DNA of 43,383 nt, the filler included, from Nanobdellota archaeon (GTDB taxonomy: Archaea; Nanobdellota; Nanobdellia; B33-G15), in the NCBI GenBank assembly GCA_003660925.1. It is 14 parts of 14 records of this genome, joined end to end, with 100 filler letters (N's around TTAATTAATTAA, not from the genome) between each part and the next. Parts side by side here need not be neighbours in the genome. Positions count along the whole stretch, not along the records: positions 17,315 to 20,372 come from QMVD01000069.1; positions 20,473 to 23,530 come from QMVD01000070.1; positions 23,631 to 26,609 come from QMVD01000071.1; positions 26,710 to 29,584 come from QMVD01000072.1; 10 more parts are not named here. One strand, 5' to 3'. Position 1 is the stretch's first letter, and every line of letters begins with the position of its first letter. The notes beneath the pieces were generated by a model. That model had not been told where the DNA came from, did not search any database, and was given only the letters and a program-made list of their open reading frames with translations. This document shows positions 19,168 through 28,779 of the stretch, in pieces. The translations under genes were made by a program, and so were the position numbers.

Positions 19168-19482
19168 TCAAGTTTTCGGCAGGTTCCTCACGAATTCGTC
19201 CACTTCCAAGACGGCCTCCTCGTATCCCTTGTCCCCGATCATCTTCTCGATCCTTTCCCTGTACTTCTCCAGGCTAGAGAACATGAGGTGATATTTCTGT
19301 TCCTTAAGGGATAAGTCGAACTCCTCGTTCAACCTGTAAGAGAGCCAGGGGAAGAGCCTGCCGATCATAGTGAAAGGAGAGTCGATGTCCGGTAGGAGGG
19401 AGCCTAAGATGACTAGCAAGGGATCTAAGTCGAAGAAAAGGCTGAGCAGGAAAGCTAGGGAAATGTGGGCGAGGCCGTGCAT
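19168..19482 (-). pseudogene. Truncated YdjM-family hydrolase fused in frame to an unrelated charged tail
   Basis: First 55 aa align without gaps to the 10125 gene (GSLLPDID..IGR) but HRxxTHS and later motifs are missing; junction near 19317/19318. Confidence 0.75.
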
Positions 19483-19548
19483 CCCATTAGAAGAATGAGG
19501 GTGAGGGGTATTAAAAAAGAAAAGTTAATAAGCAATTGTCACGACTTT

Positions 19549-20372
19549 ATGTTAGTGATACTGTCGAGTAACGAAATCGACATAGAAATCAAGAACCTCG
19601 ATGACATCATAAAAGAAAATTTCGGTATTTTATGTTACAAATTGCCGGGCTTAAAGTTAAAGGAAAAGGCTGGGAAAATAGACTGGGAAATAACTTACAT
19701 CAACTCTGACAAAAGCTCGTACATCGTTAACAGAGATGAGAAAAGATCATTATTAAAAGTGAGATATGATGAACGCGTATTGCCTTGGGACCTCTCAGAA
19801 GTATGTCTACAGATATTTGAACACTACAATCAACAGAAAAATTTTTTCACTTTTCATTCTGCCTCCATAGAAATAGCCGGAAAAGGCGTCCTGCTTCTTG
19901 GAGGAAGATTCGCAGGAAAAAGCACCATTTCCTTAGAGCATTATTTGAATTCTGGCTATGTTCTATCCACGGAAAAGACCCTCGTAGACGCCACAAATAT
20001 GAAAATGAAAGGAAACGGAACCGATTACATAGTCATGAAGAAAGGCGCACTCGCGCATTTCTTTGGGAAAAATGTCCTGAAAAAGATAGATAATTATCTT
20101 GAAAAAGAGAGAAGTTACATCATTGAAATTACTTCCCACAAAGATCTGCCATTAGACCTTATTGTGCTCCCAAAAATCACGTCGTCAAGAGGCCAAGTTT
20201 TCGAAGTAGAACCGGAAAAAATTAAGTCAATAATCTACGAAAACATAACCGAAGTGATAAGAGGTGTGAGAATAGTTAGCGTTCCTTTGCCGAACATGGA
20301 CGATGAAGTGTCACTTGAGAACAGATTAAGGTTTCTAGACAAACTCCAGAAAATCCCTGCTTTCTTCATAGA
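19549..20372 (+). CDS. HPr-kinase/PEPCK-like P-loop protein, 3'-truncated
   Basis: FHSASIEIAGKGVLLLGGRFAGKSTIS then VLSTEKTLV; AT-rich. Confidence 0.75.
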
Positions 20373-20472
20373 NNNNNNNNNNNNNNNNNNNNNNNNNNNN
20401 NNNNNNNNNNNNNNNNTTAATTAATTAANNNNNNNNNNNNNNNNNNNNNNNNNNNNNNNNNNNNNNNNNNNN

Positions 20473-22748
20473 GACCCTTCTCTGTAAATAGTTATCCCTT
20501 TACATCCCAGCCTGTGGGCGAAGAGGTAGGCATGTAGGACATCATCAGGACTCGCCCAGTGGGGGAGATTTATGGTCTTACTCACAGCAGCACATATCCA
20601 TTGATTTATCTCAGCCTGGGCCCTGATGTGATCCCACCAAGGGATATCCAGTGATGTGACGAACACCCTCCTCATCTCCTCTGGGAACTCCTCCAGTCCC
20701 TGAATGCTGCCATCGTTCTGGATGACCCTCTTCAACAAGGCCTCAGAGTTTTCCATTCCCCTCAACCTCTTCTCGAACTCCGCATCTATCAGGTGGAAGG
20801 AGCCGATAGGTACTATCTTCTCGTAAACTAAGGAGAACTGGGGCTCTATACCAGAGGAGACCCCAGCTATCATGCTTATGCTCCCCGTCGGAGCGATGGT
20901 AGTGACCTCCGCGTTCCTCACACCTCCCCTAACCTTTTCCGAGAGTTTCTTCCAGTTAAGGGTCCACAACTCCTTCTGATAGAAACCGTTCACCGGCATC
21001 TCCCCTTTGACGTACCCTGACCTCTCGAACAACGGGAAGGGCCCCCTCTCCCTTGCCAGATCACAAGAGGTTGAGATGGCATGATAGGTGAGGAACTCAG
21101 CCACTTTCCTCATGAACCTGAAACCTTCTTCTGAGTTGTAAGGGATGTTCAGGGCATAAAGGGCGTCCGCCAGTCCCATCAGACCCAAACCTATCTTCCT
21201 CGTCTTCTTGGTGTTCCTCTCTATCTTCTTCAGCGGGAAGACGTTCACATCTATCACATTATCCAGAAATCGCACACAAGTCCTGATAATCCTTCCAAAT
21301 TCTTTCCAATCGAACTTCCCATCCTTTACGAGAGAGTACAAGTTTATTGAGCCCAGGTTGCACGACTCGTAGGGATACAAAGGTTCCTCTCCGCAGGGAT
21401 TGGTCGCCTTTATCTCCCCAAGACAACCCCTCAAGATGTTCCTCTTGTTTATGTTATCCTTAAATAACACTCCCGGGTCTCCTGTCTTCCACGCCATGTA
21501 AGAAATCTCTCTCAACAAGTTCCTCGGGTCCACCTCCCCAATCTTTTCCCTATTCCTCGGATTTATCAAAGAGTACTTCTTTCCCTTCTTGTAGGCCATC
21601 CAAAAACTCCCATCCAGCATGACCGAGATGTTGAAGTTCTCGAGTTCTCTTGGCCTTTCCTTGGCCCTGATGAACTTGTGGATGTCGGGGTGCCACGCCT
21701 CCAAGATCCCCATGTTCGCCCCCCTCCTCCTTCCCCCCTGTTTTATAACCTCTGTCATCGTATCGACTATCCTCATGAAGGAGATAGGACCTGACGCCAC
21801 CCCAGCGGTGCTCCTCACCACGTCCCCCTCTGGCCTCAACTTGGAGTAGTTTACCCCCACCCCTCCTCCGCTCTTAAAGATGAGGGCTGCCTCCTTCACC
21901 ATATCCATGATAGACCCAAGATCATCCTCGACGTCAAGGACGAAGCAAGCGGATAATTGCCCCAACCTGGTCCCAGCGTTGAACAGCGTGGGGGAATTGG
22001 GGAGGAACTTCCTCTGGACCATGAGCTCATAATACTCCCCGAATCTCTTGTAATAACGTTCGAACTTGCCTCCCTTCAACAACCCTAAGAAAACTTTCCA
22101 AGGAACCTTCATCTTACCTTGCTTGTTCAACTCATCGTAGAGGGATTTCATGCGCTCGAGATGGAACCTATTCCACTTCACCTTCTTGAATCCCAACTTT
22201 CCTTCCCATTCCTCTGGAGAGAATTTCTCTTTCTTGTGGACTTTTTGCTTTCCCTTCTTGTCGAAGACCAAAGGGTCATAAAGGATGTCAGGGATGACCA
22301 CCAACATGGCCACCCTTTGGAAGAGCTGCTTCGGGCCCTCGATGAATTTCCCCTTTTCGTCCTTCAGTAAATATCTCTTGGCGAGGACCCTTATGGAGTC
22401 CAAGGGAAGGGACTTATCCACTTCGTCCAACGAATCCTTACCCAATATTCTCTTCTTCTCCTCCCTTATCCTTTCCCTTTCCTTTCTATAAAGTATGTAC
22501 GCCTTGGCTACCTCATAGAGATCGTAGTGGATCAAAGAGATCTCTACCACATCTTGAATCTCCTCCACGTGGGGTGTCTTCCTCACGAACTTCTTCTCCA
22601 ACAATTTCAGGACGTGTTTCACAACCTGGTCCAGCTTCTTCTCGTCATATCTCCCGACCGCGAGCATGGCCCTCTTTATAGCATTTCTGATGCGGTTGGG
22701 GTCAAACTTGACGATCCTCCCGTTCCTCTTAACAACTCTCTTTATCAC
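20473..22748 (-). CDS. nrdJ: Adenosylcobalamin-dependent (class II) ribonucleotide reductase with ATP cone, 3'-truncated
   Basis: ATP cone; FLPNSPTLFNAG, QLSACFV, GGGVG, QGGRRRGANM, TNPCGEEPL, TIAPTGSIS. Confidence 0.95.
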
Positions 22749-22779
22749 GATAGAAAATGAGAAGCCTTCATTTAAATAA

Positions 22780-23530
22780 TTACAACTCGATGAAGTGGAC
22801 TAAGTTCCTGACCTCCTTCAACAACGCCTTCGCCTTCTTGGTGAGCTTTCCTTTAGATATCAGTATGACTGGCGTCTTCAGCCTCACGCTCTCCGCGTAA
22901 GCGTTGTTCAAGTCCACATCAGATATCTTCGACTTCTTCTTGAAAATAACTATGTACTTCTGCCTAAGGGGGCCTCTCGTTACCAGTGAATATCTTATCT
23001 CCCCCCTCTTAACCACTTCTTTCCCTATGATCTCCCCAAACTCCCTTAGCTTCTCCTCCACGTCCACCCTCTTCTCTTCCTTCTTGACCACCTCTCTCCT
23101 CTCCCTCACGACCTCCTCCTTCATTTCCCCCCTCTTTAACCTCCTCTCGATCTCCTCGTTCGGGACCTTGTAGAACTTCCACAACACCCTCTCTTCTCCC
23201 TTCACCCTTGCCCTCAGGGGGATGAGCACGTCCCTGAGCTCGTTTATCACGTACCTCGCCTGGGGAGAGAGTTCCTCTTGGAACAAGAACCCCTTGCTCC
23301 TTACTTCTTCCACTACCTTCCTCTCTATGGGGTTCAAGGACTTCAACACCATTTCCCTCATCCTCTCCTCTTGTCCTTTTAAGTAATACAAAGGGCTCCC
23401 TCCCACCCTTTTCACGCTCCTCTTGACGAGACCTTCCTCCAACATCTCCTTCAGGATGGCGGAGGCTGTGAAGCTGTCAAGCCCCAACACCTTGTTCACT
23501 TGGATGGGATGTGAGGGACCGTTTTCTCTC
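22780..23530 (-). CDS. Conserved hypothetical protein (wHTH-like N-terminus, VGGSPLYYL motif), 5'-truncated
   Basis: GPSHPIQVNKVLG...RVGGSPLYYLKGQE resembles, from recall, a family common in DPANN genomes. Confidence 0.7.
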
Positions 23531-23630
23531 NNNNNNNNNNNNNNNNNNNNNNNNNNNNNNNNNNNNNNNNNNNNTTAATTAATTAANNNNNNNNNNNNNN
23601 NNNNNNNNNNNNNNNNNNNNNNNNNNNNNN

Positions 23631-24161
23631 ATTTACTACAACAACTATCAAACCTCCTCTAGAAAAACGCGTTGCCAATGGTAATACCTGAAGATCAGGT
23701 AGTGGGCCAGTATACCTGAAATTACGGTTGGTCATCTTATCGCTTGTAATCTGAAACCTATACTCTCGAACAGAGAAGTGTTCTCCTTCCCTAAAAGCAG
23801 GATGCTTCGGAACGAGTCTCACCTTCTTGTTAAACCACTCACCACCAAGAGCAATACTATAAAAACCAGCCTTTGTAGTGGTCACATCCCCAACATATCT
23901 AAAACCACTATCCAGAATTTCATATAGCTTTACCTTTACATTGCCCAATCCCCTACCATCAGGCACAGTGACATGTCCACTTATTCGAATCAGGCCAACC
24001 CTTGGCTTTGGCTTTATATGTTTCTTCATCTCCTCCACCCTCTTTGGCTTTACCTTAGGCAAAGAAGGCCCAACAGGAGGAGGGGGACCCCCGAAAGAGT
24101 CCGCCAAGACCAATATGGCAGCTAAACAACCCATCAATGTTACAACCATTACCTTCTTCAT
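23631..24161 (-). CDS. Secreted protein: Pro/Lys linker, carboxypeptidase-regulatory-like domain, start of CARDB; 3'-truncated
   Basis: Signal peptide; ISGHVTVPDGRGLGNVKVKL...TTKAGFYSI; LPDLQV; SD AAGGAGG. Confidence 0.75.
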
Positions 24162-24284
24162 TTTTTAACCCCTCCTTTCTTTTTTTATTTAGTGCCCCTT
24201 CCCTTCAAATAGGTTCACTGGGCTAATTCTTCTCCCCTTACAGCTATGAAGGGAGGAATAAAGCTTTCTTTGGTACCGCCTCCC

Positions 24285-25922
24285 TCACCTTTCCAGGGTC
24301 CTCCTTCCCCTGGGTGGTGGAACTCCACAGGGTGGTCTCCTCGGGCTCAGTTTGATTATGAGCCTGCAAGGCTTTTGGTATCGGGTATAAACATTGTGTC
24401 TCCCCTCCTTTAATGTCTCATCGGCAAGCCGGAGGCGGAACTGGACCTTCTGTTGATTCCTTTGTAGTCGATCTCGAACATAAGCTGCCGTGAAAAAGGA
24501 GTGAGTGCCTGGATTCGAGTGAAAGGTGTATAGGTTGGTAAACATTGGAGCGTCATAGTCTGAAGATGTGAGGCTCTCTCCGTAATCGAGCCAGTCAAGG
24601 AGTATATCCCCTGCTTTATCCCAATTCCCGTAGTCCAATTGTACTATCTCAAGGGTAGCTGATTTTACCTCAAATCCGGTCCACCCTTCACGTCTCCACT
24701 TATCTATCATTTTATAGAGAGGAGATAGATCGAAACTTATAAAGCCTCTACAATGATGGCTTGAGGCCTCAATATGTTCATAAACGTTACCACTGACCGC
24801 GACAGATCCGGTGAGGGCAGGATCGCTTTCCAAAGTAAAAGTTTCTATCGGAATTGCTCTCACCACCGGATGGAAACGAGGACGGCGGAGGATCAAGGTC
24901 ACGCGATTCTCGGAGTAGTTGTTGGAGGTGTCAGCATCAGGAGGAATTGAGGTGCCTATTTTCGCCTTGAAGTGATATCTGCCGGGTCTGAGGAGCCCAC
25001 GCTCGATGAAATCGGATTGGTGTAAGGTGATCACGAAAGTTGGCAGTACTGTGGGACCTGCTGGGCGGCTATCACGGATCCGAATCACGGTGTAAGGTGT
25101 CGGGTAGTTTACCCTAATAGAGCCACAATAAACGGTTATGGAGAAGGTACCCTCGAAGTCGACAGGGCCGATGTTGTCGACTGCGACCAAGAAACTGATG
25201 TCCTCATGTTCTCCGCCCCCGTTGTATATATAGGTTGCCTTATCTCCCCACCAGATTCTTTCTCTCTCTCTTTCCTGTGGCCCCTTCTTAATCTCAAAGC
25301 TTCTGATCACCAGATCAGGAAGTCCTCCCTCACCTCCCAAGGGTTTCAAACCTTTAGAACCCAAAGGGGCACCACGAATTGAAGGAAACGGTTTTATCTC
25401 TTCAGCCCTTCGGGATATGACCTTGAGAGGAGTCAAGGTCGCGACTTTAGAATTGTTTTTCTCGTTCGCCTCAGCGATCTTCCCAGTGCTGTCTACAAGG
25501 ACGCTCATCTTGACGGATGAGCTGAGCCTTATCTTGGTGTTGTATCTGACCTTGCCACCAGGGGCCTTCAGCACCCCCTTGGGGTCAACGGGAGGTTTCT
25601 TCCTCGATGACCTCCTCTCAAAGAAGAAGTCCTCTTGATCCCTCCCCCATTTCACCCTCACCACACCCAGTAGATGCTCTCGGTCAGGGATCCTACCCTT
25701 GCCCGCGTTCTTCAAAGAGAAGTTTATATAGCCCTTGTCATCGAGCCATATCATTTCCACTACAAGATCTGGTAATAAGGGCTTTATCGGTTTTAGAAGG
25801 GGTTTCTTCGGTGAGGTTATCTTCTTTTTCCCTGGACCCTTGGAGGTCACAGGGGCTGAAGCCCCCAAGGCACACAGAAGGGTCAAGACCATGCCAAGTG
25901 TCAAAAACCCCTTTCTTTTCAT
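24285..25922 (-). CDS. Secreted protein with two CARDB-like domains and a C-terminal beta-sandwich
   Basis: Signal peptide MKRKGFLTLGMVLTLLCALGASA; LPDLVV...VDSTGKIAEANEKNN; LPDLVI...DADTSNN; RGFISFDLS...SATLEI. Confidence 0.8.
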   Translation of the reverse strand: MKRKGFLTLGMVLTLLCALGASAPVTSKGPGKKKITSPKKPLLKPIKPLLPDLVVEMIWLDDKGYINFSLKNAGKGRIPDREHLLGVVRVKWGRDQEDFFFERRSSRKKPPVDPKGVLKAPGGKVRYNTKIRLSSSVKMSVLVDSTGKIAEANEKNNSKVATLTPLKVISRRAEEIKPFPSIRGAPLGSKGLKPLGGEGGLPDLVIRSFEIKKGPQERERERIWWGDKATYIYNGGGEHEDISFLVAVDNIGPVDFEGTFSITVYCGSIRVNYPTPYTVIRIRDSRPAGPTVLPTFVITLHQSDFIERGLLRPGRYHFKAKIGTSIPPDADTSNNYSENRVTLILRRPRFHPVVRAIPIETFTLESDPALTGSVAVSGNVYEHIEASSHHCRGFISFDLSPLYKMIDKWRREGWTGFEVKSATLEIVQLDYGNWDKAGDILLDWLDYGESLTSSDYDAPMFTNLYTFHSNPGTHSFFTAAYVRDRLQRNQQKVQFRLRLADETLKEGRHNVYTRYQKPCRLIIKLSPRRPPCGVPPPRGRRTLER

Positions 25923-26378
25923 CGTCCCACTCCCCAATAAGGACGTCTTTGACGTCAGGCTTTAATTATTTTTAAGTTCCTCCTTCCTCCAAAAAGGTTC
26001 AATACTAAAAGCCTTCTCCCAGGCGCCCCCTTTCCAACTCTGGCACCTGTACAAAAGGACTTCCTCACTGCTTTTCTTTGGGCTTCGGTTACCTGGGCTC
26101 AATCAACGCCAAACGAGAGGAACAGCACGGGACAGGGCACACTCAATACTCAAAAACGAGAAGGGAATTTTAACGGGGAGCATTCAACAAACATGACCCA
26201 TTGCTTTGAGGGCCTAAATGCCATTATATGTAGAAACCTCCTTTTTCAATGTGGGTTCTCAACACCAACGGAAAGAGAGGAAATCAATTATCGACTCTGA
26301 AGGCCAAGACTTATCTTTTTCTCCCACCTCCCTTCTGCCTGCCCCTTTCCGTTGAGATAACAAGAACTGCTTTAACAA

Positions 26379-26407
26379 AGCATAGTCCAGCAAAAATCAA
26401 CAGTCAA
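26379..26407 (-). promoter_or_regulatory. Bacterial sigma70-like promoter TTGACT-N17-TATGCT
   Basis: -35 at 26402-26407, -10 at 26379-26384, pointing toward the CARDB genes. Confidence 0.5.
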
Positions 26408-26497
26408 GGCCAGATGTTGGAGAACTTCTGGATAGGGTTCAGAGGTGCCAGAACACCCCTTGGACATGGGATAAAGGGTGGAGTGGAGCAGAAGTAA

Positions 26498-26537
26498 TGT
26501 CAGCTCTTTGACAGAGGATAATAAGTTAGTTTATAAG
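26498..26537 (+). promoter_or_regulatory. CRP/FNR-family-type palindrome TGTCA-N6-TGACA overlapping TTGACA-N18-TATAAG
   Basis: Palindrome 26498-26513; TTGACA 26508-26513; TATAAG 26532-26537; gene start MDFLRELRERAERE at 26567. Confidence 0.5.
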
Positions 26538-26709
26538 ATTTTTATAAAAATAAATCCGTGGAAGAGATGGATTTTCTCAGGGAATTGAGGGAGAGGGCAG
26601 AAAGGGAGCNNNNNNNNNNNNNNNNNNNNNNNNNNNNNNNNNNNNNNNNNNNNTTAATTAATTAANNNNNNNNNNNNNNNNNNNNNNNNNNNNNNNNNNN
26701 NNNNNNNNN

Positions 26710-27144
26710 CTTGCAGAAGTGAATTATTGAACCCTGTTTCTTCGGGACCTTCAGCACCTTGAACTTCTTTCGCCTGATCTCATCGCATACTAGGTTTATG
26801 AAGGCATCCACCTCTTTCTCATATATCTTCCTTCTCTCCAAGAAGGACTTCACTTCTTTCTCCAAGACGATGTGGTGCTTCTCATCATCCCACTCATAAC
26901 CCTTCATGGCCTCCACGAACCTCTCCGAGGAGGCCAGGAGCCCCTTCTCCATCAAGGCAGCCACGCAGTATTCATCCAAATATCTGTATTTTCTCCCGTT
27001 AGAGTATATTCCGTCCCCGTTTATGTGGACCTTTTCCCCATCTATCTCGAAGATGTTGCTCGAGAGCCACCTCTTCCTCCCATTCGCGAGGAGATGTATG
27101 GCTTTGAGGACCTTTATCCTCGGTGGCACGTTCCAGAATTCCAT
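26710..27144 (-). CDS. Conserved hypothetical protein, stop lost in gap
   Basis: WNVPPRIKVLKAIHLLANGR resembles, from recall, an uncharacterised WxxPPxIKVxEAxxxxADGR family. Confidence 0.65.
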
Positions 27145-27224
27145 GAGGTTGGTACTCCCTTTTCATTTAAAATCATTGAGCGAGTGGAAGATATATCTTT
27201 CATGACATTTTTTGAAGAACCCGT

Positions 27225-28748
27225 TCAGAGCACCCTTTTTAAGCTCCTAATGGACTTCCCGCTCCTGAAGAGTTTGTTAGCTAGGACTTGGTGCTCCACA
27301 TCAGTCCTTCCCTTCCTCACCAAGAGTTCGATCAAGGCCTCTTTCCTTTTGATGTATCCCCTCACGTCCTTCAGGCCCAGTTTGTGCCCAAGCGGCTTCA
27401 GGCAGGATATCTTAACCTCTCTAAACCTCGGCTCCTCTTCCCACCTCTTCTCCACCTCCCATATCCCTGTTAGGACCCTCTTCCTCATTCCTTTCTCCTT
27501 CCTCGTTCCTAAGGCGACCACGTAATCTACCGCTTTGAAGCTCGTCCTCGGGACCCCTAAGTCGTTCACTATTCGGTCGAAGGTGTCGTAGGGTGAGGAG
27601 CCATGTATCGTTCCCATGACCACGTTTCCCGCAGCTCCTATCCTCATGGCCTCAAACAACACCTTTGCCTCCTTACCTCTCACCTCTCCCATGATGAGGA
27701 CAGACTCTCCCAACCTTAAGGCGGCCCTTAAAGCCTCTTCTGGTTCCACCTCAAACTCTTGTCCCTTGACCGCGAGCTTCAAATGTTGGATGTTGAACCC
27801 TATCCTCCTCATTTGTTCTACAGGGAGCTCCTTAGTGTCCTCCATGACCAGGATCCTGTACTTCGGCTCTATCTCTAGCATCAAGGCAGCTAACAGGCTC
27901 GTCTTCCCAGCTCCTCTTGGGCCGGTTATCAAGATGGAACTTTCTGCCTCCACTAAGAAGCTCAAGATGGCTGCCTGGGTTGGGGTCATGCTCCTGAGCT
28001 TCACCAATTTCGAGAGGGTCCAGGGTCTTTCCCTGTGCTTTCTGAAGGCGAAACCAGTTCCCTTAAAGGTGAAGGGTTCGGTTATCCCCGTCGCCCTCAC
28101 GTTGTATTCTGGGATGTCGGCGTATATCACCGGGTACGCCCTGTCGAAAGGTCTCCCGCTTAACATCCTCAATTTAGAGGATAACCTAGCGAGCTCGTTC
28201 TCTTCTAGGATTAGGTTGGTCCTGCACTCCTCGTACTTCGAGTGATAGACGTAAACGGGCATGTCCGCAGGGGAGTCCACGTAGATATCCTCTATGTTCT
28301 CGTCCCTGAAGAGGAGTTCCAACGCTCCGTATCCCCAAGAATATCGATATAGGATGTCGTTCTCGGGCCTCTCGGAGAGGTTCTCGAAAGAGCTTTCTAG
28401 CTCGTCTATCTCCTTGGGGCTTAGTTTAGCTTCCTCCGGATAGAGGATGTAGTAGAAAGCGTTACCTCTCTTCCTGACCTCTATCTTCGCACCCTTCACT
28501 TGATATCTCTCAACCAGTCTTCCCTTCGGCTCTAAAAGCAGGATGTGGGCGAACTTCGGAAGGGTCAGGGATTTAGAGGTCTTCAAGTCATAGATGCGCT
28601 TGTAGTTCTTCAAAAAGACGACCTTGTCTACCTTCCCAGCCTTCCTTATTTCTTCCATGCACCTCTCATTCCTCAGGGAGGGAACTTCCTCACAAGAGGA
28701 ACAATCAAGGTAAAGGAACTTCTTCCCCCCATACTCCTTTATGCGCAC
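27225..28748 (-). CDS. Type II/IV secretion / type IV pilus assembly ATPase (VirB11/TadA/FlaI family)
   Basis: ITGPRGAGKTS, MEDTKEL, ALRLGESVLIMGEVRGKEA, GTIHG; N-terminal CSSC...C; GTG start at 28748. Confidence 0.93.
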   Translation of the reverse strand: MRIKEYGGKKFLYLDCSSCEEVPSLRNERCMEEIRKAGKVDKVVFLKNYKRIYDLKTSKSLTLPKFAHILLLEPKGRLVERYQVKGAKIEVRKRGNAFYYILYPEEAKLSPKEIDELESSFENLSERPENDILYRYSWGYGALELLFRDENIEDIYVDSPADMPVYVYHSKYEECRTNLILEENELARLSSKLRMLSGRPFDRAYPVIYADIPEYNVRATGITEPFTFKGTGFAFRKHRERPWTLSKLVKLRSMTPTQAAILSFLVEAESSILITGPRGAGKTSLLAALMLEIEPKYRILVMEDTKELPVEQMRRIGFNIQHLKLAVKGQEFEVEPEEALRAALRLGESVLIMGEVRGKEAKVLFEAMRIGAAGNVVMGTIHGSSPYDTFDRIVNDLGVPRTSFKAVDYVVALGTRKEKGMRKRVLTGIWEVEKRWEEEPRFREVKISCLKPLGHKLGLKDVRGYIKRKEALIELLVRKGRTDVEHQVLANKLFRSGKSIRSLKRVL

Positions 28749-28779
28749 ATTTTTAATTAAACGGTGGTTATTTAAAGAT

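Noticed and set aside
9265..19174. 13-bp match GGTTTATCAAGTT at 9265-9277 and 19162-19174, near both YdjM loci
   Set aside because: Many 13-mer matches are expected by chance in 43 kb, and the position and orientation relative to YdjM differ.
5440..20372. PqqD + CPBP + HPr-kinase-like as a single RiPP gene cluster
   Set aside because: They lie on three unlinked contigs, and no precursor or cyclase/radical SAM maturase is visible; kept only as separate leads.
1..22748. Inteins in LonB, NrdD, Hel308 or NrdJ
   Set aside because: Motifs are contiguous in the visible parts; no splice-junction or LAGLIDADG blocks seen. The extra segment before NrdJ FLPNSP lacks intein termini.
26041..26057. TGGCAC sigma54-like -24 element
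   Set aside because: No TTGC at the required spacing.
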